From: an uncultured Acetobacteraceae bacterium
GTDB taxonomy: Bacteria; Pseudomonadota; Alphaproteobacteria; Acetobacterales; Acetobacteraceae
Length of the DNA: 64,000 bases
Direction: 5' to 3'
NCBI GenBank assembly: GCA_964564645.1
Contig: CAZMCV010000001.1
Coordinates: forward strand, 14,066 to 78,065
A model generated the notes under the pieces. That model saw only the letters and a list, made by a program, of their open reading frames with translations. It did no database searches and was not told the origin of the DNA. The position numbers and the translations under genes are program-made. Positions 53,205 through 62,900 of this stretch are shown one piece after another (position 1 is the first letter of the stretch; every line of letters starts with the position of its first letter).

Positions 53205-54243
53205 CACCCTGGATCCCGGGGCGAAGCCCGACCCGGCCCTCGCCGGCGCGCTCGCCGCGCTGCGCGGGCAGCGCTGCCTCGTCACCGGCGGCGCGGGCTT
53301 CGTCGGCTCGCACATCATCGACCTGCTGGTCGCGGCCGGCTGCGACGAGATCGTGGCGGTCGACAACATGGTGCGCGGCCGGCCGGAGAACCTCGCCCGC
53401 GCCATGCGCGGCAGCAACCGCGTCCGCCTGGTCGAGGGCGACCTCCGCGACGGCGCGCTGATGAAGGGCCTGGTCGAGGGCGCGGACATCGTCTTCCACC
53501 AGGGCGCGCTCCGCATCACCCAATGCGCGCAGGAGCCGCGGGCCGCCTTCGAGGTGATGGTCGCCGCGACCTACGAGCTGTTCGAGCAGTGCGTCGCGGC
53601 CAAGGTGCGCAAGGTGGTCTATGCGTCCACCGCCTCGGTCTACGGCATGGCGCAGGAATTCCCGACCACCGAGGCGCAGAACCCCTACAACAACCGTACG
53701 CTCTACGGCGCCGCCAAGTCCTTCGGCGAGGGGCTGCTGCGCTCCTTCAACGACATGTACGGCCTCGACTACGTCGCGCTGCGCTACTTCAACGTCTACG
53801 GCCCGCGCATGGACATCCATGGCCGCTACACCGAGGTGCTGGTGCGTTGGATGGACCGGCTCGCCGCCGGTCAGCCGCCGATCATCTTCGGCGACGGGCT
53901 GCAGACCATGGACATGATCCATGTGCGCGACGTGGCCCGCGCCAACATCCTGGCCGCCTCCGCGCCGGCCTCGGACATCGCGCTCAATGTCGGCTCGGGG
54001 ACCGAGACCTCGCTGCTCGGCCTCGCGCATCTCCTCTCCGAAGTGATGGGCCGGCCCGGCCTGACACCTCTCTTCCAGGAGGCGCGGGCGGTGAACCCGG
54101 TGCCGCGGCGCCTGGCCAGCGTCGCCGCGGCGCGCGAGGCGATCGGCTTCGAGGCGAGCATCCCGCTCGCCGAGGGGCTGGCCGAGCTCGTCGGCTGGTG
54201 GCGCGACGAGAAGGCGCTGATGCCCGTCCAGGGCGCGGCCTGA
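53194..54243 (+). CDS. NAD-dependent epimerase/dehydratase (extended SDR)
   Basis: CLVTGGAGFVGSHIIDLL..YGAAKSFGE (YxxxK). ATG 53194 overlaps the upstream gene end by 11 nt. Confidence 0.85.
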   Translation: MPPSTLDPGAKPDPALAGALAALRGQRCLVTGGAGFVGSHIIDLLVAAGCDEIVAVDNMVRGRPENLARAMRGSNRVRLVEGDLRDGALMKGLVEGADIVFHQGALRITQCAQEPRAAFEVMVAATYELFEQCVAAKVRKVVYASTASVYGMAQEFPTTEAQNPYNNRTLYGAAKSFGEGLLRSFNDMYGLDYVALRYFNVYGPRMDIHGRYTEVLVRWMDRLAAGQPPIIFGDGLQTMDMIHVRDVARANILAASAPASDIALNVGSGTETSLLGLAHLLSEVMGRPGLTPLFQEARAVNPVPRRLASVAAAREAIGFEASIPLAEGLAELVGWWRDEKALMPVQGAA

Positions 54244-54260
54244 CGAAGGGAGAGATCGCC

Positions 54261-55403
54261 ATGATCCCGATCACCCAGCCCCTCATCGGGCCCGAGGAGG
54301 CCGAGGCCGCGGCGGAGGTCATCCGCTCCGGCTGGCTGACCCAGGGGCCGCGCGTCGCGCGCTTCGAGGCCGACTTCGCGGCGCTCACCGGCGCGCCGCA
54401 TGCGGCGGCCGTCTCGAACTGCACGACGGCGCTGCACCTGGCGCTGCTCGCCGTCGGCGTCCGCCCGGGCGACGAGGTCGCGACCGTCAGCCACACCTAC
54501 ATCGCCTGCGCCAACGCCATCCGCCAATGCGGCGCGGTGCCGGTCTTCGTCGACATCGACCCGGCGACCTACACGATGGATCCCGCCCTGCTCGAGGCGG
54601 CGATCACCCCACGCACCCGCGCGATCATGGTCGTGCACCAGATCGGCATGCCCTGCGACATGGCGCGGATCCTGCCGATCGCGCGCGCGCATGGCATCCC
54701 GGTGGTCGAGGACGCGGCCTGCGCGCTCGGCTCCGAGATCCTGCACGAGGGCGCCTGGCGGCCGGTCGGCGGGCCGCTCGGCGACGTTGCCTGCTTCTCG
54801 CTGCATCCGCGCAAGGTGGTGACGGTCGGCGATGGCGGCGTGCTGACAACGCGCGACCCGGCGCTCGATGCGCGCTTCCGGCTGTTGCGCCAGCACGGGA
54901 TGAGCGTGCCGGACACGGTGCGCCACGGCAGCCCGCAGGTGATCTTCGAGACCTACCCGGTCTGCGGCTTCAATTACCGCCTGACCGACGTGCAGGCGGC
55001 GATCGGCATCGAGCAGCTGAAGCGCCTGCCCGGCATCGTCGCCCGGCGGCGGGCGCTGGCCGAGCGCTATGGCCGGCTGCTCGCGGCCGAGGCTCCGACG
55101 GTCGGCGTGCCGGCCGAGCCCGCCTGGGCGCGCACCAACTGGCAGAGCTACGCAATCCGCCTGCCCGACGGGGCCGATCAGCGGGCGGTGATGCAGCGCA
55201 TGCTCGACCGCGGCGTGGCCACGCGGCGCGGCATCATGTGCATCCACCGCGAGGAGGCCTATGCGGACCTGTCGCCGCGCGTCCCGCTGCCGCATTCGGA
55301 GGCGGCGCAGGACCGCTCCATCCTGCTGCCGCTCTTCCCGCAGATGACGGAGGGGATGCAGGACGAGGTGGTCGGCGTGCTGCGCTCCGCGCTGCGGGGC
55401 TGA
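54261..55403 (+). CDS. DegT/DnrJ/EryC1-family PLP aminotransferase (second copy)
   Basis: RBS GGGAGAG. MIPITQPLIGPEEAEAAAEVIRSGWLTQGPRV..FSLHPRKVVTVGDGGVL. Confidence 0.9.
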   Translation: MIPITQPLIGPEEAEAAAEVIRSGWLTQGPRVARFEADFAALTGAPHAAAVSNCTTALHLALLAVGVRPGDEVATVSHTYIACANAIRQCGAVPVFVDIDPATYTMDPALLEAAITPRTRAIMVVHQIGMPCDMARILPIARAHGIPVVEDAACALGSEILHEGAWRPVGGPLGDVACFSLHPRKVVTVGDGGVLTTRDPALDARFRLLRQHGMSVPDTVRHGSPQVIFETYPVCGFNYRLTDVQAAIGIEQLKRLPGIVARRRALAERYGRLLAAEAPTVGVPAEPAWARTNWQSYAIRLPDGADQRAVMQRMLDRGVATRRGIMCIHREEAYADLSPRVPLPHSEAAQDRSILLPLFPQMTEGMQDEVVGVLRSALRG

Positions 55404-55416
55404 GGTCCGCCGGCCG

Positions 55417-56106
55417 ATGGTGCGGCCCCTGGTGGTGCTGGGGTCCGGCGGCAACGCGCTGGACGTGATGGACATCGTCGCGGCGATCAACGCCGCGGCG
55501 CCGTCCTGGGACCTGGTCGGGCTGCTGGACGACGCCGCGCCGCCGGGGCCCAACGCGCTCGGACTGACCACCTTCGGCCGGCTCGGGGACGCGGCGCGGC
55601 TGGCCGCGCCCGGCGGCCCCCTGGCCGAGGCGTTGTTCCTCAACGCGATCGGCAGCGAGCGCAATCACGGCGCCCGCGCGGCCATCATCGCCCGCACCGG
55701 CCTGCCGGAAGAGCGCTTCGCCACCCTGGTCCATCCCGGCGCCGGCGTCTCGCCGCGCGCCATGCTCGGCCATGGCTGCTGCATCGGCCATGGGGTCTCG
55801 ATCGGCGGCCGGGTGCGACTCGGCGCCCATGTCTGGGTCGGACCGGGCTGCGTCATCGGTCATGATTCGGTGCTGGAGGACCACGCCGTCATGGCGCCAC
55901 GGGCGACGATGAGCGGATCGGTCCGCCTCGGGGCGGGCAGCTATCTGGGCAGCGCCGCGGTGGTGCGCCCCGGGGTGGCGATCGGCGAACGGGCCCTGAT
56001 CGGCATGGGCGCCGTGGTCCTGCGGGAGGTTGCGCCGGACAGCATCGTGGTGGGCAACCCGGCTCGCGAGCTTCGTCGCCGCTCATGGTCCGAGCCCTCT
56101 TCTTGA
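55417..56106 (+). CDS. NeuD/PglD-type sugar N-acetyltransferase
   Basis: N-terminal Rossmann-like LVVLGSGGNALDVMDIV, then hexapeptide repeats, then ..VVGNPAREL. Confidence 0.85.
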   Translation: MVRPLVVLGSGGNALDVMDIVAAINAAAPSWDLVGLLDDAAPPGPNALGLTTFGRLGDAARLAAPGGPLAEALFLNAIGSERNHGARAAIIARTGLPEERFATLVHPGAGVSPRAMLGHGCCIGHGVSIGGRVRLGAHVWVGPGCVIGHDSVLEDHAVMAPRATMSGSVRLGAGSYLGSAAVVRPGVAIGERALIGMGAVVLREVAPDSIVVGNPARELRRRSWSEPSS

Positions 56107-56313
56107 GAGGGCCGATCCGTTCGCGGTGCTTTGGATCGGGCGTCGCGGAAAGCAGTTCCAAGCGAGTTATTTATTGCGACTCGCTAACTAAAAGCCTTTC
56201 CGGACTTGCAGTGATCTGGTGTCTTGCGCTAATTTCTCTCGCGGCAGAAACTCACGCGCGCGTGATTTCACCCGGCGGGACGATTGTCGTCGTTTTTTAC
56301 AATTCATGACGTG
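56107..56313. promoter_or_regulatory. AT-enriched intergenic region upstream of the T1SS genes, with small hairpins
   Basis: GCGAGT-11 nt-ACTCGC at 56162-56184 and CGATCC-14 nt-GGATCG at about 56112-56137, followed by low-GC sequence up to the ABC gene start. Confidence 0.3.
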
Positions 56314-58482
56314 ATGGCGAAGGTGCAGACCCAGACGAATTTGGCCTGTCTCGTTTTTGTGTCCCGGCATCATGGCGTGCAGCTCTCGGTCGACCGTCTT
56401 CGTCACGATTACGCAATAGGATTGCAGCCCCCCTCCCCCACGCTTCTCCTGCGCATGGCGCAGGAGGCAGGTCTCCGCGCCCGCAGCGCGAAGCTGACCT
56501 GGGAGGAGGTGAGCGCGCTCAGCGCCGAGCAGCCGGTCATCGCCTGCCTTTCGAACGGCAATTGTGTGGTGCTGCTCGGCCCGACGGCCGGCGGGCAGGC
56601 GGTGCGCCTCTACGATCCGCTGGCCGAGGGCGAGGAGACGATCGAGGTCGCCGAGGAGGCGTTCCGCCGCCGCTGGCAGGGCGAGGTCCTGCTGCTCAAG
56701 CGGGCTGGCCCGCAGCCATCCACCGCCAGCACGGCCGAGCCGGCGGAGCCGCCGCGCTTCGGCCTGCGCTGGTTCGTGCCGGAGTTGCTGCGCCAGCGCC
56801 GGCTCTTCGCCGATGTCGCGGTGGCGGCGCTGTTCCTCTACCTGCTCGGCCTGGCGGTGCCGATCTTCTTCCAGATCGTGCTCGACAAGGTGCTGGTGCA
56901 CCAGAGCATCGGCACGCTGCAGGTGCTGACCGTCGGCATCCTGATCGCTCTCGTCTTCGACACCGTCTTCACCTTCCTCCGCCGCTACCTGCTGATCTAC
57001 GCGACCAACCGGGTCGACATCCGGGTCTCGACGCGCACCTTCGGCCACCTGCTCAGCCTGCCGATCTCCTTCTTCGAGCAGATGCCGGCCGGGGTGATCG
57101 TGCGGCACCTGCAGCAGGCCGGACGGGTGCGGGAGTTCCTGACGGGGCGGCTGTTCCTGACCTTGCTCGACGCGCTCTCGCTGCTGGTCTTCATTCCCGT
57201 CCTGCTGCTCTACAGCGTCGAGCTGACGCTGATCGTGCTGGCCTTCACCCTGCTGACCGCCGGCGTCATCGCCGCCCTGGTCGGGCCGTTCCGCCGCCGC
57301 CTCAAGGCGCTCTACGAGGCGGAGGGCGAGCGCCAGGCGCTGCTGGTCGAGAGCGTGCACGGCATGCGCACGGTGAAGTCGCTGGCGCTCGAGCCGCAGC
57401 AGCGGCGTGCCTGGGACGACCGCTCCGCCCAGGCGGTCGGCATGCGGCACGAGGTCGAGAAGGTCTCGGCGCTGGCGCAGTCGGTGACCGGCCTGCTCGA
57501 GCGGGTAATGATGGTGGCGATCGTCGCCATCGGCGCGATGCTGGTCTTCGGCCACGAGATGACGATCGGCGCGCTGGTCGCGTTCAACATGCTGGCCGGC
57601 CGGGTCTCCGGCCCGCTCTCGCAGCTCGTGACCATGGTGCACGAGTACCAGGACGTCGCCCTCTCGGTGCGGATGCTGGGCGAGGTGATGAACCGCAAGC
57701 CGGAGCGCGACGACCGCGGTGGCCACGGCATCCGCCCCACCCTCACCGGCGCCGTCGAGTTCGACACCGTCTCCTTCCGCTACGGCGCGGGCCTGCCGCC
57801 GGCGCTCGACCGCGCCTCCTTCCGCGCTCCCGCGGGCAGCGTACTCGGCGTGGTCGGCCGGAGCGGCTCGGGCAAGACGACCATCACCCGCCTCATCCAG
57901 GGGCTCTACACGGCCGAGCAGGGCGTGGTGCGCCTCGACGGCTACGACATCCGCGAGATCGACCTGGCGCATCTGCGCAGCAGCATCGGCGTGGTGCTGC
58001 AGGAGAATTTCCTGTTCCGCGGCACGGTGCGCCAGAACATCGCCGCGCCGAACCCGGGGGCGAGCGTCGAGGAGGTGGTCGAGGCGGCGCGGCTCGCCGG
58101 CGCCGACGAGTTCATCGAGCGCCTGCCGCGCGGCTTCGACACCATGCTCGAGGAGAACGGGGCGAACCTCTCGGGCGGGCAGCGCCAGCGCCTGGCGATC
58201 GCGCGCGCGCTGATCACCCGCCCGCGCCTGCTGATCCTCGACGAGGCGACGAGCGCGCTCGACCCGGAGAGCGAGGCGATCGTGCGGCAGAACCTGCACC
58301 GGATCGCCGAGGGGCGGACGGTGATCATCGTGTCGCACCGCCTGTCCACGCTGACGGATGCCGACGCCATCATGGTGCTCGACCGCGGCCGCATCGTCGA
58401 CCTCGGCCGCCATGGCGAGCTGCTGCAGCGCTGCACCGGCTATCTCAGCCTGTGGAATCAGCAGATGCGGGCCGTGGCATGA
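56314..58482 (+). CDS. T1SS ABC exporter with N-terminal C39-like domain (HlyB/PrsD type)
   Basis: N-terminus MAKVQTQTNLACLVFVSRHHGVQLSVDRL.. has Thr where C39 peptidases carry the catalytic Cys. Six TM helices. Walker A GRSGSGKTT, signature LSGGQRQR, Walker B LLILDEATSALD. Confidence 0.9.
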   Translation: MAKVQTQTNLACLVFVSRHHGVQLSVDRLRHDYAIGLQPPSPTLLLRMAQEAGLRARSAKLTWEEVSALSAEQPVIACLSNGNCVVLLGPTAGGQAVRLYDPLAEGEETIEVAEEAFRRRWQGEVLLLKRAGPQPSTASTAEPAEPPRFGLRWFVPELLRQRRLFADVAVAALFLYLLGLAVPIFFQIVLDKVLVHQSIGTLQVLTVGILIALVFDTVFTFLRRYLLIYATNRVDIRVSTRTFGHLLSLPISFFEQMPAGVIVRHLQQAGRVREFLTGRLFLTLLDALSLLVFIPVLLLYSVELTLIVLAFTLLTAGVIAALVGPFRRRLKALYEAEGERQALLVESVHGMRTVKSLALEPQQRRAWDDRSAQAVGMRHEVEKVSALAQSVTGLLERVMMVAIVAIGAMLVFGHEMTIGALVAFNMLAGRVSGPLSQLVTMVHEYQDVALSVRMLGEVMNRKPERDDRGGHGIRPTLTGAVEFDTVSFRYGAGLPPALDRASFRAPAGSVLGVVGRSGSGKTTITRLIQGLYTAEQGVVRLDGYDIREIDLAHLRSSIGVVLQENFLFRGTVRQNIAAPNPGASVEEVVEAARLAGADEFIERLPRGFDTMLEENGANLSGGQRQRLAIARALITRPRLLILDEATSALDPESEAIVRQNLHRIAEGRTVIIVSHRLSTLTDADAIMVLDRGRIVDLGRHGELLQRCTGYLSLWNQQMRAVA

Positions 58483-59918
58483 GCGCCGTCCGGGCCGAGG
58501 GTGGCGGCGAGGCCGCCGTGGCGGAGGCGCCCGCGCCGCCGCCGGGCGCGCCCCCCCGGCCGGCCGATGGCGGGGCGCGCATCATCGCCCTGCCGACGCG
58601 CCGGCGCGCGATCCTGCAGGAGTTCCAGCCCGACGCGCTGGAGGTCGAGCACCGCGCCCCGCCGGCCATCAGCCGGCTCACCCTCTACACGGTCGCCGGG
58701 CTGATCCTGGCCGCGATCGCCTGGGCGGCGCTGTCGCATGTCGACCGGGTGGTGGTCGCCCAGGGGCGGCTGGTCACGACCTCGCCGAACCTGGTGGTGC
58801 AGCCGCTCGAGACCTCGGTCATTCGCTCCTTGCCCGTCGCGGTCGGCGACGTGGTGCGCGCGGGGGACGTGGTGGCGACGCTCGACCCGACCTTCTCCGA
58901 GGCCGATGTGCGGCAGCTGCGCGAGCGGCTGGCCAGCCGCTCCGCCCAGGTCGCCCGGCTCGAGGCCGAGGCCGAGGGGCGGCCCTACCGGCTGCCGGAG
59001 CAGTCCACGGCCGATGAGCGGCTGCAGGCCGAGAGCTTCGGCCAGCGCCAGGCCTATGTCCGGGCCAAGCTGAGCGATTTCAATGCGCGGCGCGCCCGAA
59101 CCCTGGCGGCCATCGAGACCAACAAGCGCGACCAGGAGGTGCTGCAGCAGCGCCTCGAGGCGGCGCGCGAGCTCGAGGCGATGCGCGCGGACCTGCTGCA
59201 GAAGCAGATCGGCTCGCGCGTCAGCCTGCTCGAGACGCGCAACGCCCGGCTCGAGCTCGAGGGACGGATCGAGCACCTGAAGCAGAACCTGGTCGAGCTG
59301 TCGCACGAGCTCGACACCAACGCCGCCGAGCGGCAGACCTTCCTCGAGCAGTTCCGCCAGGAGACACTGGAGGAGCTCGTGAAGCTGCGCGGCGAGCGTG
59401 ATGCGACGGCCGAGGAGCTGAACAAGGCCCATCTCCGCCAGCGCATGGTGGCGCTGACGGCGCCCGCGGATGCGGTGGTGCTCGAAGTGGCGAACCGCTC
59501 GATCGGGTCGGTGGTGCGCGAGGCGGAGCCGCTGCTCACCCTCGTGCCGCTGAACGCGCCGCTCGAGGCCGAGCTCGCGGTCGAGGCGCGCGACGTCGGC
59601 CGCCTAGCGATCGGCCAGACCGTGCGGGTGAAGTTCGACGCCTTCCCCTACCAGGAGCACGGCATGGCCGGTGGCCGGCTGCGCGTGATCAGCGAGGGCG
59701 CCTTCGCGAAGGACCGCGAGCGTGCCTCGACGGTCGATCCCGTCTACCGGGCGCGCGTGGCCCTCGAGGACACGTCGCTCCGCAACGTGCCGTCCGACAT
59801 CCGCCTGCTGCCCGGCATGACCGTCGCCGGCGAGGTGGTGGTCGGCCAACGCAACGTCCTGTCCTACTTCCTTCATCCCTTGCTCCGCGGGCTCGATGAG
59901 AGCCTGCGCGAGCCCTAG
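58479..59918 (+). CDS. T1SS membrane fusion protein (HlyD/PrsE family)
   Basis: ATG 58479 overlaps the ABC gene stop (ATGA). N-terminal TM (LTLYTVAGLILAAIAWAAL), long coiled coil, ..IRLLPGMTVAGEVVVGQRNVLSYFLHPL. Confidence 0.9.
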   Translation: MSAVRAEGGGEAAVAEAPAPPPGAPPRPADGGARIIALPTRRRAILQEFQPDALEVEHRAPPAISRLTLYTVAGLILAAIAWAALSHVDRVVVAQGRLVTTSPNLVVQPLETSVIRSLPVAVGDVVRAGDVVATLDPTFSEADVRQLRERLASRSAQVARLEAEAEGRPYRLPEQSTADERLQAESFGQRQAYVRAKLSDFNARRARTLAAIETNKRDQEVLQQRLEAARELEAMRADLLQKQIGSRVSLLETRNARLELEGRIEHLKQNLVELSHELDTNAAERQTFLEQFRQETLEELVKLRGERDATAEELNKAHLRQRMVALTAPADAVVLEVANRSIGSVVREAEPLLTLVPLNAPLEAELAVEARDVGRLAIGQTVRVKFDAFPYQEHGMAGGRLRVISEGAFAKDRERASTVDPVYRARVALEDTSLRNVPSDIRLLPGMTVAGEVVVGQRNVLSYFLHPLLRGLDESLREP

Positions 59919-59948
59919 TCGCCTGTCCGCCGGGGGAGAACCACAACC

Positions 59949-62900
59949 ATGGGCATCCAGGATCTGACGCTCACCCTCGTCACGGCGGGCGACCAGGACG
60001 AGGACGCGGCCATGCTCACGCTGGCTTCGCTGCCGACGGCGGAGGGGTCCTTGCCCGGGACGAGCCTGCTGCTCGACCCGGCGGTCGGGCTGGACGCCGG
60101 GACGGCCGGGACGGAGGGCAGCGCCACGGGCCCGGCCGGCAGCGGCCAGGGCCCGCTGCCGGCGCCACCTGCCGCGGGCGAGAGCGTGATGGCGAGCCTC
60201 GGCACCGATCGCGGCACGATCTCCTCCGCCCTCACGCCGCTCGACGCAGACTATCTCCTCGCACCGGCCGAAGCAGCCGGCACCCCGGCGCCGGGCACGG
60301 ACGCGCCGGCCCCCGCCTTCGAGGGCGGCGCGACGCCGCTGCTGACGGGCGGCGTGGCGATGCCGGTCATCGAGGATCCGTCGCCCATGCCGGCGAGCCT
60401 CGCGACCGATGAGCCGATCGCGATGCAGACCGTCTCGCTGGAGGCGATGGCGGGTCTGGCGGCCGATCCGGCGTCCATTCCCTCCGCCCCCATGGACGGG
60501 ACGACAGGGCAGACCGCCTCCCTGGACGCGGCGACGACGACGGCGGCGCTGACGGACAGCACCTCCGTCCCGCTCACCGCCTTCGCGCTGGAGGTCGGAT
60601 CTCTGGCCGCGACGTCCGGGCCGAACGCGATCGTGCTGGAGAACCAGAAGCAGGGGAATCCGCGGAGCGAGTGGGACCTGAACAACGGTCCCTCCTCCTC
60701 GATCGAGGGCTTCGCCACCGACATCAGCTACAATATCGGCGCGGTCGTCGAGTTCAAGATCAACACCGATTCCAGCAACTACCGCATCGACATCTACCGG
60801 CTCGGCTACTACGGCGGCGACGGCGCGCGGAAGGTCGGCACCATCGACCACAACGCGTCCTCGGCCATCATCCAGCCCGACCCGCTGCGCGACGCGGCGA
60901 CCGGCCTGGTCGATGCCGGCAACTGGTCGGTCACCGACAGCTGGGACATGCCGGACGACCTCGTCTCCGGCGTCTACATTGCCAAGCTGGTGCGCGAGGA
61001 CGGCACGGAGGGGGAGAACCACATCCCCTTCATCGTCCGGGACGACAACTCGACCAGCGACATCGTCTTCCAGACCTCGGACACCACCTGGCAGGCCTAC
61101 AATGGCTGGGGCGGCGCCAACCTTTATGGCGGCAACGGGCCGGGCGGCGATTCCGCGCCGGGCCGCGCCTATGCCGTCAGCTACAACCGGCCGATCACGA
61201 CGCGCGAATACGGCGGCACCTATGCCGGCCCCTGGGATTTCGTGTTCGGCGCGGAGTACTCCGCCTTCTACTGGATGGAGCAGAACGGCTACGACGTCTC
61301 CTACATCTCGGGCGTCGACAGCGACCGCTACGGCTCCCAACTGCTGAACCACAAGATCTACGTCTCCGCCGGGCATGACGAGTACTGGTCGGGCGCGCAG
61401 CGGGCGAACGTCGAGGCGGCGCGCGATGCCGGCGTGAGCCTCGTCTTCATGGGCGGCAACGACGTCTACTGGCGCACCCGCTGGGAGGAGAGCATCGACG
61501 GCAGCGGGACCGATTACCGCACGCTCGTCAGCTACAAGGAAACGCGGGCAGGTGGGAAGATCGACCCGAGCGCGGAGTGGACCGGCACCTGGCGCGACCT
61601 GAGCGCCGATCCGACGACGGGCGGCGGCAATCCCGAGAACGGCCTGATGGGCACCATGTTCCAGGTCGACAGCTACCGCTCCGACTCGATCACGGTACCC
61701 TACGCACAGACCCAACTTCGCTTCTGGCGGAACACCGACGTCGCCACCACCGCCCCTGGCGAGTCCGCCACCATCGCCGAGGGCATGCTCGGCTACGAGT
61801 GGGACATCGCACCCGACAACGGCTTCGACCCGGCCGGTCTCGTCCGGCTGTCGACCACGACGATCAACGTCGACACCATGCTGCTCGACTACGGCACCAC
61901 CGTCGGGCCGGGAACGGCGACGCACAACCTGACGCTCTACCGCGCCGAGAGCGGGGCGCTCGTCTTCGGTGCCGGCACCGTCTACTGGTCCTGGGGCCTC
62001 GCCGACAACAACGACATCGCCTACGCACCCGTCGACCCGAACATCCAGCAGTCGATGGTGAACCTGTTCGCCGACATGGGCGTGCAGCCGGAGACCCTGC
62101 AGGCGAGCCTGGTGCTGGCGACCGGGACGACGGACTTCGTCGCGCCGACCTCCTCCATCGATGCGCCGGCGGGCGGCGGCACGGTGGTGGCCGGGACGCT
62201 CGTCACCCTCACCGGCTCGGCCGTCGATGCCGGGGGGCTGGTGGCGGCGGTGGAGATCTCCACCGATGGCGGGCGGACCTGGTGGACCACCCAGAGCGCC
62301 CCCGGCAACGCGACCGACTGGACCTACACCTGGAGGACCCCGGCGGCCGGGACCTACACGATCCTGACGCGCGCCGTCGACGACAGCCTGAACCTTGAGG
62401 CGCCCGGCGCCGGCATGACCATGACGGTCGCGCCGAGCAACCGGGTGACGCTGTTCGACGCGAACGAGGGCCCGCCGCCCTTCCCGACCGAGCTGCCCGC
62501 CACCCCGACCACCACCTGCTGCAATGTCTGCCTGGTGCATGTGTTCGGGCCGACCGAGCTCGGGGTGAAGTTCCTGTCCTCGAGCAGCGGCACGATCTCG
62601 AGCGTCCGCTTCTACAAGAACTTCGAGAACACCGGCCCGCATGTCGGCAGCCTGTGGACGGCCGACGGCACGCTGCTGGCGCAGGCGACCTTCACCAGCG
62701 AGACCGATTCGGGCTGGCAGCAGGTGGATTTCGCCACTCCGGTGGCCATCGCGGCCAACACGACCTACGTCGCCTCCTACCACACGACGACCGGCGTCTA
62801 CCTCGCCAGCCATGTCGCGTACTTCCAGGTGGAGCACACCAGCGGGCCGCTGACCGCGCTGGCCAGCGCCTATCCGAACGGGCCGAACGGGCTGATCGCC

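Noticed and set aside
50928-53519. An 863-aa minus-strand ORF.
   Set aside because: It is antisense to the WbpB-like and DegT genes, and is a shadow ORF.
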